Below, one piece after another: positions 1-26,402 of a stretch of DNA of 64,000 nt. The DNA is from the human T2T-CHM13v2.0 reference genome, Homo sapiens. The stretch lies in NCBI RefSeq assembly GCF_009914755.1, contig NC_060936.1. One strand, 5' to 3'. The translations under genes were made by a program, and so were the position numbers. The notes below the pieces were generated by a model, which had not been told where the DNA came from, did no database searches, and worked only from the letters and a program-made list of their open reading frames with translations. Position 1 is the stretch's first letter. Each line of letters begins with the position of its first letter.

Positions 1-620
1 TATAGGGCACACCAGTCTGTGAAATGGTTGTCCGGGTACCAGTGAGCACCCTTTGATTGACGATGCGTGTCTAAATGTTTATTTGCGTGGATTCATTAAT
101 GTTATCCGTATAACACTCTTGAAACCCAGGCTGCTGTAACAAATACAGGCATGCATTTAAGTACGGTTTACTGAGCACCTATGTGCCAGGCACTGTAATA
201 GGCACTGGGGGTATGACAGAACAAATTCGACCTGTCATTGTCATCGTGGAGCTAAGGGTCTAGTGAAATGAATCAAGAAAAGAAAAATGTAAATTAGGTA
301 TGAGAAGGCCAAAGATCACTCATTCTTTCAACAAGCGTTATTGGGTGAATTCTACAGCCCTGACCCTGGGGAATAAAAACATGAGTAAAATAAAGTCTCT
401 GCCTTCAAGATCCTAGATAGTTTAATGGTTCCCCTAAGCCACCTCTCACTAGAATTTCTGACCCCTTTAGAACTTAAGCTCCATGAGGTTTCACTGATGT
501 GTCCCAAGTACTAGAACAGTGTCTGGCACATAGAAGGTACCCCATAAATATTTGTTGAATAAATGGTTCTCAGTTCAGGCTGCATATAAGAATTGCCTGG
601 CTCCATTTCAAACCAATTGA

Positions 621-983
<363 letters not shown>

Positions 984-1899
984 TAAAAGCTCCCCAGCAC
1001 CATGAAGTGGAAACCCCTGATCAAGTGTGAACAAATGAAAAGAAAAGCTGGAAAATTATACAACAGAAAACTACTAAGATGATCCATGATGGCAACTGGC
1101 AAAAGCTATGAGAATGACCGTTGAATGGACACTTACAAGGAACTAAAGGAAGAAGGAAACATTTTTTTCTTTTTTTCTTTAATTGTTGACAAAGGGTGGG
1201 GGAAGTTGGAAGAGGGAACAAGAAAACCAATCTGAGAACTGAAAACAATCTCACATCGAATCCATAAAAGGACTTGAAAATCCAAAATTGAATGTGTGCC
1301 AGGCACCCGGATATGTACTTCACCATGGTCCCCTTGATCTTTGCAACAATCCTATGAGCAGGTGTGATTTTTATCCTTATTTTGTAAGATGAGGAAACAA
1401 GGCTCAGAGAAGGGTAGATTTGCTTGCACAAGGTCATGAGGACAGGAAAGAGTTGATCTGGACTTAAAACCCCGGCAGTCTATCTCCACAACCTGCGCCC
1501 TTAAATGCTAGGCTTTCTCTGAGTGTCTCAAAAGAAACCATCCATTGCGGGTATAGTAGGAGAAATTGGAACTATTGAAACATTGGATAACTTTAAACAA
1601 ATCTAATGTTGGGAAAACCAATTATACAGTGGTACTCAAGCTCCAATGTATTATTTATCTAGTAAATATTAATGAGCAACAACTATGTGTCTGTCACAAT
1701 GATAGTTTGAACTTATTCATGGCTCCTTCTCACCTCATACTGGAGTCAATCACAAGTTGTCCCACCCACACTTATTTCTAAAGGAATCTCTCCCCCATCC
1801 CTGCTGTGCACTACATTTGGTATCACATGATTCCTGGCCACAGCTGATTGGCTAAGAGGGTGGACACTTATCTAAAGACATCCAATCCAAACACTTGTC

Positions 1900-2418
<519 letters not shown>

Positions 2419-2442
2419 CTACTCATGTGCCTTAATCAGGAC

Positions 2443-2747
2443 TTTTTTTTTTTTTTTTTTTTTTTGAGACAGAGTCTCTCTCTGTCACCCAGGCTGGAGT
2501 GCAATGGCGCAATCTCGGCTCACTGCTACCTCCACCTCCCGGATTCAAGCAATTCTCTGCCTCGGCCTCCCAAGTACCTGGGATTACAGGTGCCCGCCAC
2601 CATGCCTGGCTAATTTTTTTGTATTTCTAGTAGAGACGGGGTTTCACCATCTTGGCCAGGCTGGTCTTGAACTCCTGACCTTGTGATCCACCTGCCTCGG
2701 CCTCCCAAAGTGCTGGGATTACAGGTGTGATCACCACCGCGACTGGC
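2443..2747 (-). repeat. Alu (antisense)
   Basis: PolyT followed by reverse-complement Alu consensus. Confidence 0.95.
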
Positions 2748-3068
2748 CAATCAGTATTTTTTGATGTTCAACAGAGACCAAGTCAAGTTCCTTCAAAGGA
2801 AAAAGGGAGTTTGCAGCCTGGAACTGGAGAGTGGTTAAAGCAGGCTCAGTCCTGGGGACTCTCTTCCCAGCTCCACCTCTTCCTGGGTGGGTAACCTCGA
2901 GCAGGTTGTCTAACTTTCCGTGCTTGCATTTCCTCATCAGAAATACGGGGATCAATAACCATAACTACTTCATAGGGTGGTGGTCAGAATCAAAGATAAA
3001 ATGGAGGTGAAGGACCACACACTTGGATGGCACATAATAAGTGTTAGCTGTTGCAATGGTTAAATTAA

Positions 3069-4223
<1,155 letters not shown>

Positions 4224-5219
4224 GTGCTTATCATTATGTTGCTCTCTTCACCCCCCAGCCCCCAAATCAATATCTTTTCTACTACCTTAAAATGTTAGCT
4301 GGCCTATGAAGGATAAGAAAAATAGATGGTATTGGGAAAAACTAAATCCTCCTCAAGTTTATGGAAATCAACAGAACATGTCCAAAATTGAGAAAACAAA
4401 AACTAGCCATATGAGTATCTCATATAGAAATTTGCCTGTAGATACTAAAAGAAGCAGCTAAAAGACTGAGAGTGGGTGGAAGTGGAACTGCCACTTTTTT
4501 TTTTTGACAGGGTCTTGCTCTGTCACCCAGGCTGGAGTGCAGTGGTGTGATCACAGCTCACTGCAGCCTGGACAGTAATCCTCCTGCCTCAGCCCAGCTC
4601 TAGCGATTCTCCCACCTCAGCCTCCCGAGTAGCTAGGACTACAAGTGTGCACCACCACACCTGGCTAATTTTTGTATTTTTTGTAGAGATGGAGTTTTGC
4701 TTCATTGCCCAGGCCGATCTCAAACTCCTGGGCTCAAGGGATCCTCCCACCTTGGCCAAAGGTGCTGGCATTACAGGTGTGAGCCACTGACCCTGGCATG
4801 AAGCGTTTTTTAAGTTGTAAATTTTTGGTACTATTTTATTTTTAAAACCATGTGTATCTTACTACCATGATTCTTTTAAATAATTTTTTAATTAAAATAA
4901 ATTTTTTGAAACAGGGTCTGGCTCTGTTGCCCAGGCTGGAGTGCAATGATGCAATCTCAGCTAACTGCTACCTCCACTTCCCAGGCTCAAATCATCCTCC
5001 CACCTCAGCCTCCTGAGTAGCTGGGACTGCAGGCGCATGCCATCACACCTTGCTAATTTTTGTATTTTTGGTAGAGACAGGGCTTCACTGTGTTGCCCAG
5101 GCTGGTCTCGAACTCCTGGGCTCAAGTGATCCACCCGCCTTGGCCTCCCAAAGTGCTGGGATACAGTTGTGAGCCACCAGACCTGGCCTAAAAATAATTT
5201 TTATTGTGGTAAATACATA

Positions 5220-5912
<693 letters not shown>

Positions 5913-6278
5913 ATGTATCATAAAGTTTGAAGTGTACAATTTAGTGGCTTAGAGTATATTCATAATGTTATATAACCATCACGCTATTGACTTCCAGATC
6001 TTGATCATCCCAAAGAGAAACTCTACCCATTGAGTAATAACTCCCTGTTCCTCCCTCCTCCCAGCCTCTGGTAACCTCTATTCTACTTTCTTTTTTATTT
6101 TTATTTTTTAGAGACAGGGTCTCACTCTGCTGTCCAGGTTGACGTGCAGTGATGCAATCACGGCTCACTGCAACCTCAACCTTCTGGGCAATCCTCCCAC
6201 CTCAGCCACTGGAGTGGCTGGAACTACAGGTGCATGCCACCATGCCCAGCTAAGTTTTATTTATTTATTTTTCTGTAG

Positions 6279-6370
6279 AGACAGAGTCTTGCTATGTAAC
6301 CCAGGCTGGTCTCGAACTCCGGCTTCAAGCAATCCTCCTGCCTCAGCCTCCCAAAGTGCTGGGATTATAG
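6279..6370 (+). other. USP30: Candidate 92-nt exonised antisense Alu-arm leader exon
   Basis: Acceptor TTTTTCTGTAG at 6278; donor TAG|GTGAGT at 6371, departing from the Alu consensus. Confidence 0.6.
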
Positions 6371-7062
6371 GTGAGTGCCACAGTGCCAGGCCTATTCTAC
6401 TTCCTGTTTCTATGAATTTGCCTACTCTAGTTACCTGATAAGAGTGGAATCATACAATATTTGTCCTTTTTATGTGGCTTATTTCACTTAACATAATGTT
6501 TTCAAGGTTCATCTGTGCTGTAGCATCTATCAGAACCTCATTCTTTTATATGACTGAATAATATTTCTTTGTAGGTATATGGCACATTTTGTTAATCCAT
6601 TCATCTGTTGATGGACACGTGGGTTGTTTCCACCTTTTTGGCTATTGTGAAGAATGCTGCTATAAACATTGGTCTACAGTGTATCCCTTTGAGTCCCTGT
6701 TTTCAATTCTTATGAGTATATAAATAGGAGAAGAGTTGCTGAGTCATATGGTAACTATGTTTAAGTTTTTGAGGAACTGCCAAGCTGTTTTCTACAGCAG
6801 CTGTACCATTTTACATTCCCACCAGCAATGCACAAGGATTCCAATTTCTGCACATTCTCCTCAACACTTGTTGATAATAGCCATCCCAGTGGGTGTGGAG
6901 TGGTCTGATTTGCATTTCCCTAATAACTAACAATGTTGAGCATCTTTTCATGTGCTTATTGGCCACTGGCATATCTTCCTTGAGGAAATGTCTATGCAAG
7001 CCCCTCACTCATTTTTTAATTGAATTGTTCGGGGATTTTTGCTGTTGAGTTGCAGGAATATT

Positions 7063-7772
<710 letters not shown>

Positions 7773-8028
7773 AATGTCCTTGAGATTTGAAAATATTGAT
7801 GTATAATTAAAATGTTGGCTTGTTGTGGTCCTTACCCAATTACAGGGCATCTTTACAACTCCTGCTCAGCTCAGCTATGAATCATGTCAAGTTTCCTACC
7901 TTCTAAGAGAAGCTTCTGATTGCCACAGTACATCTTTTTAAGCCAGTTTATATAGATCATGGAGAGTTCTCACAGAAAGATACTGGCTGCAGCTTGGTCC
8001 AGATGTCTAGCTCTGGACCTGCGGTCAG

Positions 8029-8585
8029 TGTAAGAATTAAAGAAAGAGGAAAGAAACATGAAAAGTGGTTCAACTGTCAAAGACAAGTTTATTTTGGAGA
8101 ATAAACCTGAGAGGGGCTTCTGGCCGAGTTAGGTCAGAGGCACTCTCTCTGACAGACTAAAAGTTTTTAAGGGTTCAGGGCAGGAGAGCTTATCACAGGC
8201 TTGGAATGTTTCTGTGTCTCTGTCTTGCTTATCTGGGAGGGAGAGTTTTGTGTCTGTTTCCATACATCTCTCTGACACTACAGGCATATCCCCTGAGTGT
8301 GCATTTAGCTTCCCTATCTTAGTGCACCTAAAGGGAAAGGAATGTACTTATTAGGGCACACTGTTTTACTAGGGCCCATTGTATGAGTGTGAAGTTTGGT
8401 GGTTACCCAAGAGACTTTCCACCCTCCCTCCGTGCCTGAGCTATCTTATCTGTGTTTTACTGTCTGCTCTTTCTGGCTGCTTACTGTTAGAAGAGAAGTG
8501 ATTTCCTTGAAATGCATGAGGTTAGAAAGGGACCTGGAACAAAGTGGCAGTGTTTATCCAAGATGACGGTGCTCCTACTCTGTCA
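8029..8585 (-). mobile_element. ERV1 solo LTR (LTR9/MER61-like, tentative)
   Basis: TGTAAG...TGTCA termini; flanks GTCAG/GACAG; minus-strand AATAAA (TTTATT ~8089). Confidence 0.7.
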
Positions 8586-9383
8586 GACAGGGCATATGGC
8601 AGTCCATAACAGAGAACACAGCTGCTGAGAAGGCAGGGCTATGGGTAGGGCCGGTTCCTAGAAGGTAGGGTGAGAGGGGCAACCTTTGATTAACATTAAT
8701 GGTACCCTATCTGTTAAGGCCTCTGAGAAAGTTCCCCGAGTTCTCCAGCCCTCCCATAATCCCTCCTCTCCCATCTGTACAACACTCTACATTCTTAAAC
8801 AAGCAAATAGTTTATTTCCAGTAATCATTATTGAAATACGTGTTGAACTATATTTTCTGCCACTGAATACATGTTCACCTTCTTCCTGCAAGTTACGCTG
8901 TAAGATTAAGGCAGGGAACCTACTTTATACCTTTCCCACACCTACAAAAATCCTGTCGCCCTGCCCAGCTGTCAATCATTGTGTACTGGGCACCAGCTTT
9001 GGAGTCAGACACACTCAGCTCTGTGACTTACTACCTGTGTGATGGTAGACAGATTATTTTCCCTCTTTGAGTCTCAGTTGCATCATCTGTAAAATAGAGA
9101 CAGATACCAACCTGCAGGTCTATTGTGTGGATTAAACAAGATGATGGATATTCATGTGCATGGCAAATGATTGTATGAAACAAATATATGTCAAACTCCC
9201 ACTATAAGCAAGATCCTAATACAAGATCTTAAAACAAGTTTTTGAAAGAAAGGGGATATAGGGAGATGTTTGATCAAGGTGTACAAAGTTTCTTTCATTT
9301 ATACAAGATGAATAAATTCTGGAGATCTAACGTACAGCATGGTGACTATAGGTAACGATACTTGAAATTTCTTAAAAGGGTAG

Positions 9384-9557
<174 letters not shown>

Positions 9558-10254
9558 TAACTGGGATTACAGACACCTGCCACCACGCCTGGCCAATTTT
9601 TGTATTTTTAGTAGAGAGAGGGTTTCACCATCTTGGCCAGGCTGGTCTTGAACTCCTGACCTCATGATCCACCTGCCTCGGCCTCCCTAAGTGCTGGGAT
9701 TACAGGCGTGAGCCACCGTGCCAGGCCGATTGTGATTCTTTTACAATGTACACATATATCAAATCATCAAGTTGTACATCTTAAATATATACAGTATTTT
9801 TAAAATCAGGGGATGCTGAGCAAAGGGTATACCAGAACCTTCTGTTCTGTCTTTACAACTCTCCTGTAAATCCAAAATTATTCCAAAATAAAAAGTTTAA
9901 TTTAAAAAACTAAAAAAAAACATACTTTTGAGCCATCTTAATATAGTATATTTTATAGAACTAGATAAACATGTTCAATGTCTATTTAAAATTTTAATTT
10001 ATTAATGTGACTACACGCATTGGAAATGGCATATTACATAAAACAACAACCCATTTACAAATGCTACTTTTGTCCATCATTTTTATGGAACAGTTTCATT
10101 CAAACTCTACACATGTGTCCTCAATGGCATTGTCTTTGTCATGCTGGATCCACTTTTTTACTCACTTAACTCAGTTTTTTTCCAGAGCACATCATCTTCA
10201 CTTCCAATTCAGCTGTATGAGGTATAGCACTTTTAAAATTTGCCACTGACAGTT

Positions 10255-11610
<1,356 letters not shown>

Positions 11611-11977
11611 GCTGCCTCCAGCCCACCACATTATCCATCTGTCTAGGAAATGGGGGCATGCCAAAAGCCAGATGGGTTTTATTTCACACCAGAGCAATGC
11701 ATCATGATTTCCCCCCTCAGATTCTTAAAACAAAAGTGAATACTTTAAGGGAGACTGGAATAGAGACTGACAAGCTGCCCCTTAGCCTGAAATACTGAAA
11801 ATAAAAAGCATGTGCTATGTACAAGCAGTCCCCCAATCAACTGTGTTCTAAATCCTATTCTTATCAAGACAGTATTCTACCAGTTATGAAAATGGCACTT
11901 AATTTTTTAAAAAGAAGCCCATGGACTTAAATTCAAAAAATGGATTTGTCTTTTTTTCTTTGAAACTTAAGTTGGAG

Positions 11978-12430
11978 TGTCAGAGTCAAATAAAATATAG
12001 AGGTGAACCTCTAAACTTAAAACATGTTATTTGAGAAGGAAGAATTATACTTCAAGGCATACCCATAGACCGGGTAGTCTTCAGTATGTATAAAGAACAA
12101 GCGAAGTTTGGAGGTTTTATAAAATGGAGAAATGTTACATGTTATTTTGAAAGAAAGTTCATTGGCACTGGTAAAGTTTGGAGGAGCTGGCAAATTCTGA
12201 CTGGTGAGTGACAGGGATGGGTAACATTAGTCTTCGAGTCACAGCAGGTTGTTTTAGTAACACTGGTTTCAGGTTACAGCAGGCAGTTTGAGCAGCCAGG
12301 CTTGCAGAGAATTATTAATATAGCCTTGGAGCAATGCTATGTGCCCTGAGTACTTTTTCTCCCTGGCCTCTTGACTCTGTTTCAGTTGGGTATGACAAGA
12401 ATGACCAAATTTGTATGATCAAATTTCACA
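11978..12430 (-). mobile_element. ERV1-class solo LTR (subfamily not assigned)
   Basis: TGTCAG...TTCACA termini; ~450 bp; resembles MER4-group LTRs. Confidence 0.6.
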
Positions 12431-12989
12431 TGATTTAAAGAAAAAAAAGTGGGGGAATAAAACATTGATGGAAAGTCCCTAGTCTGCTAGCCATGCTGAT
12501 GGGATGGCACTTCCATCTAGAGTCACTCCCAGATCCCTGGCACTGTGCTGGGAGCAGGTAAGTACCTCTTGACTTTGCCACAGAAGCTGGTAAAGAGGTG
12601 AGGCTTGGTTAAGAGGTTAAGCCCTTGTTAAATAATGTAAAGGTGCACAACTTTAAGGAGTCCCTGGGTCACATAGCTCATCCCTCCATGAAAATACAAG
12701 ATGTCTAATCAGTACAATAACTAGGGAGGCCAAAAAGGGCAGAGAGAAAAACTGTGTAGCTTGCTCAAAGGACAAACTCCAAAAGTCTCCTAGTAAAACC
12801 CTAATCCCTCAGATAATGTGTTCCCAGAGGGCCGTAACATAAACAAGGGGAAGAGGTAATTCAGAAGCTGGTAAACCTGTCCAGACCTAAGGAAAAGCTC
12901 TCAAACAAAAACAGCTCAACGTGTCTGAGTCGTTGTTTTCAAAGGAATAGTGGTCTTCTCTCCACAATATTGTGACTTGTACCTCGTGT

Positions 12990-18090
<5,101 letters not shown>

Positions 18091-18445
18091 TTACATTCTT
18101 TTACAATAGTGTACCTTCTATATTTTTATGTGTCTTATCCTATAGTTCTCTATGGTTTATTTTGGCCATAGAGGAATGTCATATCTTCCAAAAAGGTTTG
18201 GGTGGGAAGACAGGAGATAGGGCTTGTGTTCTAGTCATTTGACCTTAGATAAAGTTCCTACAATGCTCTCATCTGTAAAATGGCACTAATTATATCTTAC
18301 CCTATCTGCTGCCCATGAATGTAGTGAGAATATAAGGAGATGATACAGAAGCCAGCATTTAGAACTGATCTAGTTCCCGAGAAAAAATGTGGGGTGCTGT
18401 AACTATTCTTATTACTAAGTGATAAGAATCCATTTTTTTTTTTGA

Positions 18446-18637
<192 letters not shown>

Positions 18638-19237
18638 TGATCTCGATCTCTTGACCTCATGATCTGCCTGCCTTGGCCTCCCAAAGTGCTGGGATTACAG
18701 GCGTGAACCACCACACCTGGCCAGCCATTTTCTTTCTTTCTCTATCTCAGTGTTTCACTAAGGATGGAATGTTTACCTCTGAATGTAATCAAGATGACTT
18801 GGGGTGATATATGATATAAATATTTATCACATTTTAATTATCATATGTAGATACTTATTTTCACATATATTAGAAAAATATTGTTTTTTTTCTACATGTG
18901 AAAACAGTTTTTATAAAGAACATTTAAAATATTTATGTGCCACAGGTTGATGAATAAAATAGTGAAGGTAAAGTCTACATATGGCAAACAAAAAAAAAAT
19001 TTAGGGTGCTACCAAAATACCTGAAGTTTGGGGAAACTTTAGAGTTTAACTATTAAGGAAGTGATTAGAGAAACTATTAGGGAAGCTTGTCAAAATGCAG
19101 ATTCTTAGGCATCACACTGCTATGTTCTGATCCACTTGACTGTGTTGGGGCCTGGAACCCACACTTTTAACAAGCAGCTCAAGAGATTTTGAGGTAGTTG
19201 GTATAAAGTCCACATTTTGAGGAACATTGCTCCTGCT

Positions 19238-19745
19238 ATAGTAGTTCTCTACTGCTGCATAAGAAATTACCCCCAAAACTTAGCATCTTTAAAAAAATTA
19301 ACAATTGTTATCCCACACAGTTTCTGTGAGTCAGGAATCCACCAAGAGCAGCTGAGTTGGCTGGCTATTGCTCAGGGCCTTTTATGAGGTTGTAGCCAGA
19401 TGTTGGCTATGGCTGTGGTCTCATCTGAAGACTTGACTGGGGCTGGAGGATCCACTTTCAAGATGGTGCACTCACGTGATTGGCAAGTTGGTAATGGCTG
19501 TTGGCAGAAGGCCTCAGTTCCTTGCCACATGGACCTCTCCATAATGCTGCCTGGGCATCTTCACAACATGGTGACTGGCTTTTCCCAGAGCAAGTGTTTC
19601 AAGAAAAAGCAAAGTGGAAGCAACAATGTATTTTATGACCTGGCTTTGGAATTCACATAGCATCACTCTCACAATAGTTTTTTCAATGTGAGATGTGAAT
19701 TCAGAACATGGGGGATCATTGGGGACATATCTTTGAGGCTACCAC
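19238..19745 (-). mobile_element. Old MLT1 (F/G-like) MaLR LTR
   Basis: GCTGCATAAGAAATTACCCCCAAAACTTAG...GGGGCTGGAGGATCCACTTTCAAGATGG. Confidence 0.65.
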
Positions 19746-20187
19746 ACTCAGCTTTTCTCCCATATTGCCCTACATGGTCAAAATTCTCAGAAGAGGCAGT
19801 GGAGAAAGAACCAGATTCTCTACCAGGAAATGGGGTGTCTGGTTCCAGTTCTGCCCTCATTTAAACTCTCAGGTCCTCTGTTTCCTCATCAGTCAACTGA
19901 GCTGGCCTCTGATAGTCTCTTCAGTTTAGGACCTTCCAGATTAGAAAGAAAACAATTGTTTCCTTAAGATTAGATGTTTTGCAAAGCAATGTGCTGAAGA
20001 CTTATGGGATTTCTGTTTTAACAGGATGAGGTGACTTTCAGGCAAATGCAATTCTTGCTGGGGAAAACAACCCATAAATTAACAACAAATAGGAGGAAAC
20101 ATGCACAATTAATCACATCCAAGTTCCTGAAAGCTTGCTGGGGCTTCATGATTTAAGAAAATGAATATGGCCAGGTGTGGTGGCTCA

Positions 20188-20505
<318 letters not shown>

Positions 20506-21449
20506 TCATATAAATTAGATGATGCCTATTCCATGGCAAATTATTTTTTTAAAGAATTTATCATGGCATTCCTTGAAGAGCTACTTTGGAAGGTCGAACT
20601 GTGAGTTTACTATTGTGAAGATCTGAGGTAAGAAAAGCTTTGAAGTGGGGTTTTAGGATCCCTCTGTCAATTGAAGCACAACCAGAAAAAAATAGTTTGA
20701 ATTACAAAGATTGTGACAATTCAGAATGACTGCATAAAGAAAGACAAACTTATAGAGTATCTCTCAAATTATTTTTTAATTATAAAAAAATTGTAGAAAC
20801 TCAAATAATATGAAACAGCATTCAGGAGAAAATTAAAATTACTAGTAATTTTACCACAGAGAGATAACCCAGAGTGACCACTTAAGAGGCATATCCTTTT
20901 AGTCATTTTTCTGTTCAAGGACACCCACACATAGGTATCTTCATACGAGATTGTGACCACATTTATTGTATTAGCTGACCTTCTTTTTTCACTTTGTATA
21001 AACTTCTGATGAGCTTTTTTTTTTCCAAAAGGAATGTCAATTTTGATGCTGTGTTTCCATTATGTTTTTCAAGTTTAAAATTATTTTTTGAATAAATATT
21101 GCATGGAGATGGTACAAAATTCACTAAGAACAAAAAGATGTTCCTTTCTGTCCTCAGTCATACGGTTCTTTTCCCAAAGGCAAGCAATGTGTGCTCCCAG
21201 TTACTTATTTATCCCTACAATTATAAATGCCTAATCTTTTATTCTCTCACACAAATGATAGCATTTTGCCCATTTTTCTGCACCCTCCTATTTTCTCTTA
21301 ACAAAACATCTGAGCACCTTTCCTAACAATACGGAAAGAGCTGGCTCATTGTTTTCATAGCTACATAGTACTCTCCTGTGTGGGTATATAATAATTTTGC
21401 TGGATATTTAAATTGCTTCCAATCCCTTATTATTAAAAACAATGTTACA

Positions 21450-23530
21450 GAACATTATACTCAATGGTGAGAGACTAAAAGCTTTTCCTCTAAAATCAGG
21501 AACAAGATAAGGATGCTTGCTTTCACAACTTCTATTTAACGTAGTACTGGAAGTTCTAGCCACAGCAATTAGGCAAGAAAAAGACATAAAAGGCATCCAA
21601 ATCAGAAAGAAAGAAGCAAAATTATCATTGTTTTCAGATGATATGATTTCATATGCAGAAAACCTTAAAGAGTCCAGAAAAAAGCTGTTAGAACTAATAA
21701 ATTAATTCAGCAAAGTAGCAGGATACAAAGAAAGTCAATACACAAGAATCCATTGCATTTCTAGATACTAACAATGAATAATCTGAAAAAGAAGTGACAA
21801 AAACTATTTCATTTACAATAGCACCAAAAAGAATGAAATACTTAGGAATTAACCAAGGAAGTGAAAGACTTTTACAATGAAAATCACAAAATATTGCTGA
21901 AAGAAATTAAAGAAGACATAATGGAAACACATCCCAAGTCCATGGATTGGAAGAATTAATATCGTTAAAATGTCAATACTACCCAAAGTGATCTGTAGAG
22001 TAAATACAATCTCTGTCAAAATCCCGTTTACTTTTTGAAGAACTAGAAAAACCCATTCTAAATTCGTGTGGACTCTCAAGGGACCCCAAATAGCCAAAAC
22101 AACCTGAGAAAGACAAGCTAGGCTGAAGGACTCACTCTTTCTAATTTCATAACTTACTACAAAGCCACACTAATCAAAACAGTATGATACTGGCATAAGA
22201 TAGGCATATAGACCAATGAAGCCCAAATACAAACTCTCTGGTATATGGTCAAAATGACTTTTGACAAGAGTACCAATACGATTGAATGGGAAAAGGACAG
22301 TCTTCATCAAATAGTTCTGGGAAAACTGGATATCTATGTGCAAAAGAATGAAGTTGCCCCTTACCTAACAACACATACAAAAGTTAATTCAAAATGGGTA
22401 AATACCAAAATGCAAGACCTAAAATGATAAAACTCTTGGAAAATAATATAGGGCAAAACCTTTGTGACATTGGATTTGGCAGTGATTTCTTGGATATGAC
22501 ACCAAAGACACAGGCAACAACAACAAAAAATTGGCAAATTGGACTTCATGAAAATTTAAAACTTTTGCGCATCAAAAGACACTATCAAGAGTAAGAAAGC
22601 AACCCACAGAATAGGAGGATATCTTTGAAAAATTTTATATCTGATAAGAAATTAATATCCAGCAATTTCAGGTTGGGTACATATCCAAATGCATTGAAAG
22701 CAGGATCTTGAAGAGATATTTGTATATACCCATGTTCATAACAACATTATTCACAATAGCTAAAACATAGGTAGCAACCCGTGTCCATCAACAAAAGAGT
22801 GGATAAGCAGAATGTGGTATACAATGAGGAATAGTGTTCAGCCTTAAAAAGGAAGGAAATTCTGCAATATGCCACACCATAAATGAACCTTGAGGACATT
22901 ATGCTAAGTGAAGTAAGCCAGACACAAAAAGACAAATTACTGTATGATTCCACTTATGTGAGATACTTAGAGTAGTTGAATAAATAGAGACAAAATGTAG
23001 AATAGTGGTTGCTAGGAACTGAGGAGCGTGTAGAATGAGGAGTTACTGTTTAACAGGTACAGAATTTTAGTTTTGCAGATGGAGAGTTCTGGAGATGGAT
23101 GGTGGTGATGGTTACACAACATTATGAATGTCTTTCAATACCACTGAACTGCACACTTAAGAATGGTTGTCCAGACATGGTGGCTCACGCCTGCGATCTG
23201 AGCAGTTTGGGAGGCTGAGGTGGGAGGATTGTGTGAGGCCAGGAGTTTGACACCAGCCTGGGCAACATAGTGAGACCCCATCTCTACAAAAAAAGAAAAA
23301 TCAGCCAGGCACAAAGGCTCGTGTCTGTAGTCCTAGCTACTCGCGAGGCTAGGGTGGAAGGATCATCTGAGCTCTGGAGTTCAAGGCTGCAGTGAGCTGT
23401 GATAATGCCACTGCACTCCAGCCTGGGCAACAGAGTGAGACTCTTTCTCTAAAAATAAAAATAAAAAAAAGAATGATTAAGATGACAAATTTTATGTTAT
23501 ATGTACTTTGCCACAATAAAAAAAAATGGA
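21450..23530 (+). mobile_element. L1M ORF2 (RT/C-terminal) and 3' UTR remnant
   Basis: [25 protein letters not shown]...LFSDDMI (degenerate FADD); multiple stops and frameshifts. Confidence 0.9.
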
Positions 23531-23918
23531 AAAATCCTCTCAAATGCTGTAATAAATATGTTTATTCTTCTACATATGTGATACTTTGTCACTGAGTATG
23601 CAGATTTGTAATTCTGATAAACATCCAAATTGCTCTACCTATACCTCTCACAGAGATACCCAAGTTTTCCTGTTTACCCATATACCATCATCATTATGTT
23701 ATCACACTTTTTCATGCTTTATTAATCTGATGGGGGAAAAAATGTTTTCTGATTATAGTTTTAATCTGCATTCTTTTCATTACCAAGTAAGGTCAAACAT
23801 CTTTTTTTTTTTTTTTTTTTTTTTCTGTTACCCAGGCTAGAGTGCAGTGGCGCAATCTCTGCTCACTGCAACCTCCGCCTCCCGGGTTCTAAGCGATTCT
23901 CCTGACTCAGCCTCCTGA

Positions 23919-24110
<192 letters not shown>

Positions 24111-24585
24111 TAAGAGGTACTTATGTTCCATTTCCTATCCTCTCTTTAGCCCATTCTCAGGTGTTAATGAGATCCCAGCTAAAATCAGGGCTGGGTTGCT
24201 CCATATGCCCAGGCAGTGTCTTGAAACCAACAGAAATGTGGGGTGCAGATCACAGTGGGGGTGGGGGGTGATGGTCCCAGCCTGAGGGCTCAGGTCGGAG
24301 GCAGAATTGTCCAGCTTAAGACACAGGCCTTAGAATCACACAGACCCGCCTGCCATACTGTCTGGTCACAAACCCACAGTATGACCTTGGCCAAGTCAAT
24401 TCACTTCTCCGGGCTTTAGCTTCCTCTTCTATGAAATGGGATTTTAATAGAACCCACTAGGAGGGGCTGTTGGGAGGATGAAACAGGGCAGTGCATGTAG
24501 GTACCTAGCATGGGGTCTTGTCGGTAACAAGTTTTGGCAGGTGGTTGCAATCAGTATGTTTCAGGTGAGGAAACTGTGACCCCAT

Positions 24586-25822
<1,237 letters not shown>

Positions 25823-26402
25823 TGATCCAGACCTCAAACCAAAGATTTTTTATTTCATTGACTAGGGTGACCACGTATTTGGAGACAGTCTCAGTTCAAC
25901 ACCTGTGGTCCCAGCATAATTCTTAGTAAAACCACCTTTTACTCCTCCAACGGGTTTAGTGTGAACAACAGAGGTGGATGCATTTTTTTTTTTTAACCGA
26001 GGAAACCCTTCTTATGTTCATTCAACATTTATTCACCTAAGAGACGATGTTTACCCTACACTTCATCCTCTTCTGGCCTTGAGGTCAACCCACAAACTTG
26101 TCTGGGGAGAAGGGTGAATCAGTGCTAAGAATGTGCTGCCAACATAATTGAGACCATGGTCAGCGGATCAATGGGAAAAAACAAGAGCTACAACAAACAG
26201 TTCTGACATGCTGTGTGAGGTGGAATTTAAATGATTTTGAGACATTTATTATTGTTTTGTTTTGGCCCCCAAAACAACCGCATGAGGAAAAAATAAACAG
26301 AAATCTTGTGAGTGTTTGAATCTTTCTGTGTTTATTCTTTCTACCTGTGGACAAACACAAATACATTATACATGTTCATGTGAAAGCATCTTGTTTTTCC
26401 AG

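Noticed and set aside
24-50. RE1/NRSE-like TTGTCCGGGTACC...AGCACC near the window start, where a neighbouring neuronal gene promoter may lie
   Set aside because: Half-site order and spacing do not fit the RE1 consensus, and no exon of a neighbouring gene is visible in the window
21408-22953. Reverse-transcriptase-like ORF fragments
   Set aside because: Decayed L1 ORF2 with stops, frameshifts and a degenerate catalytic motif; not an active or novel retroelement
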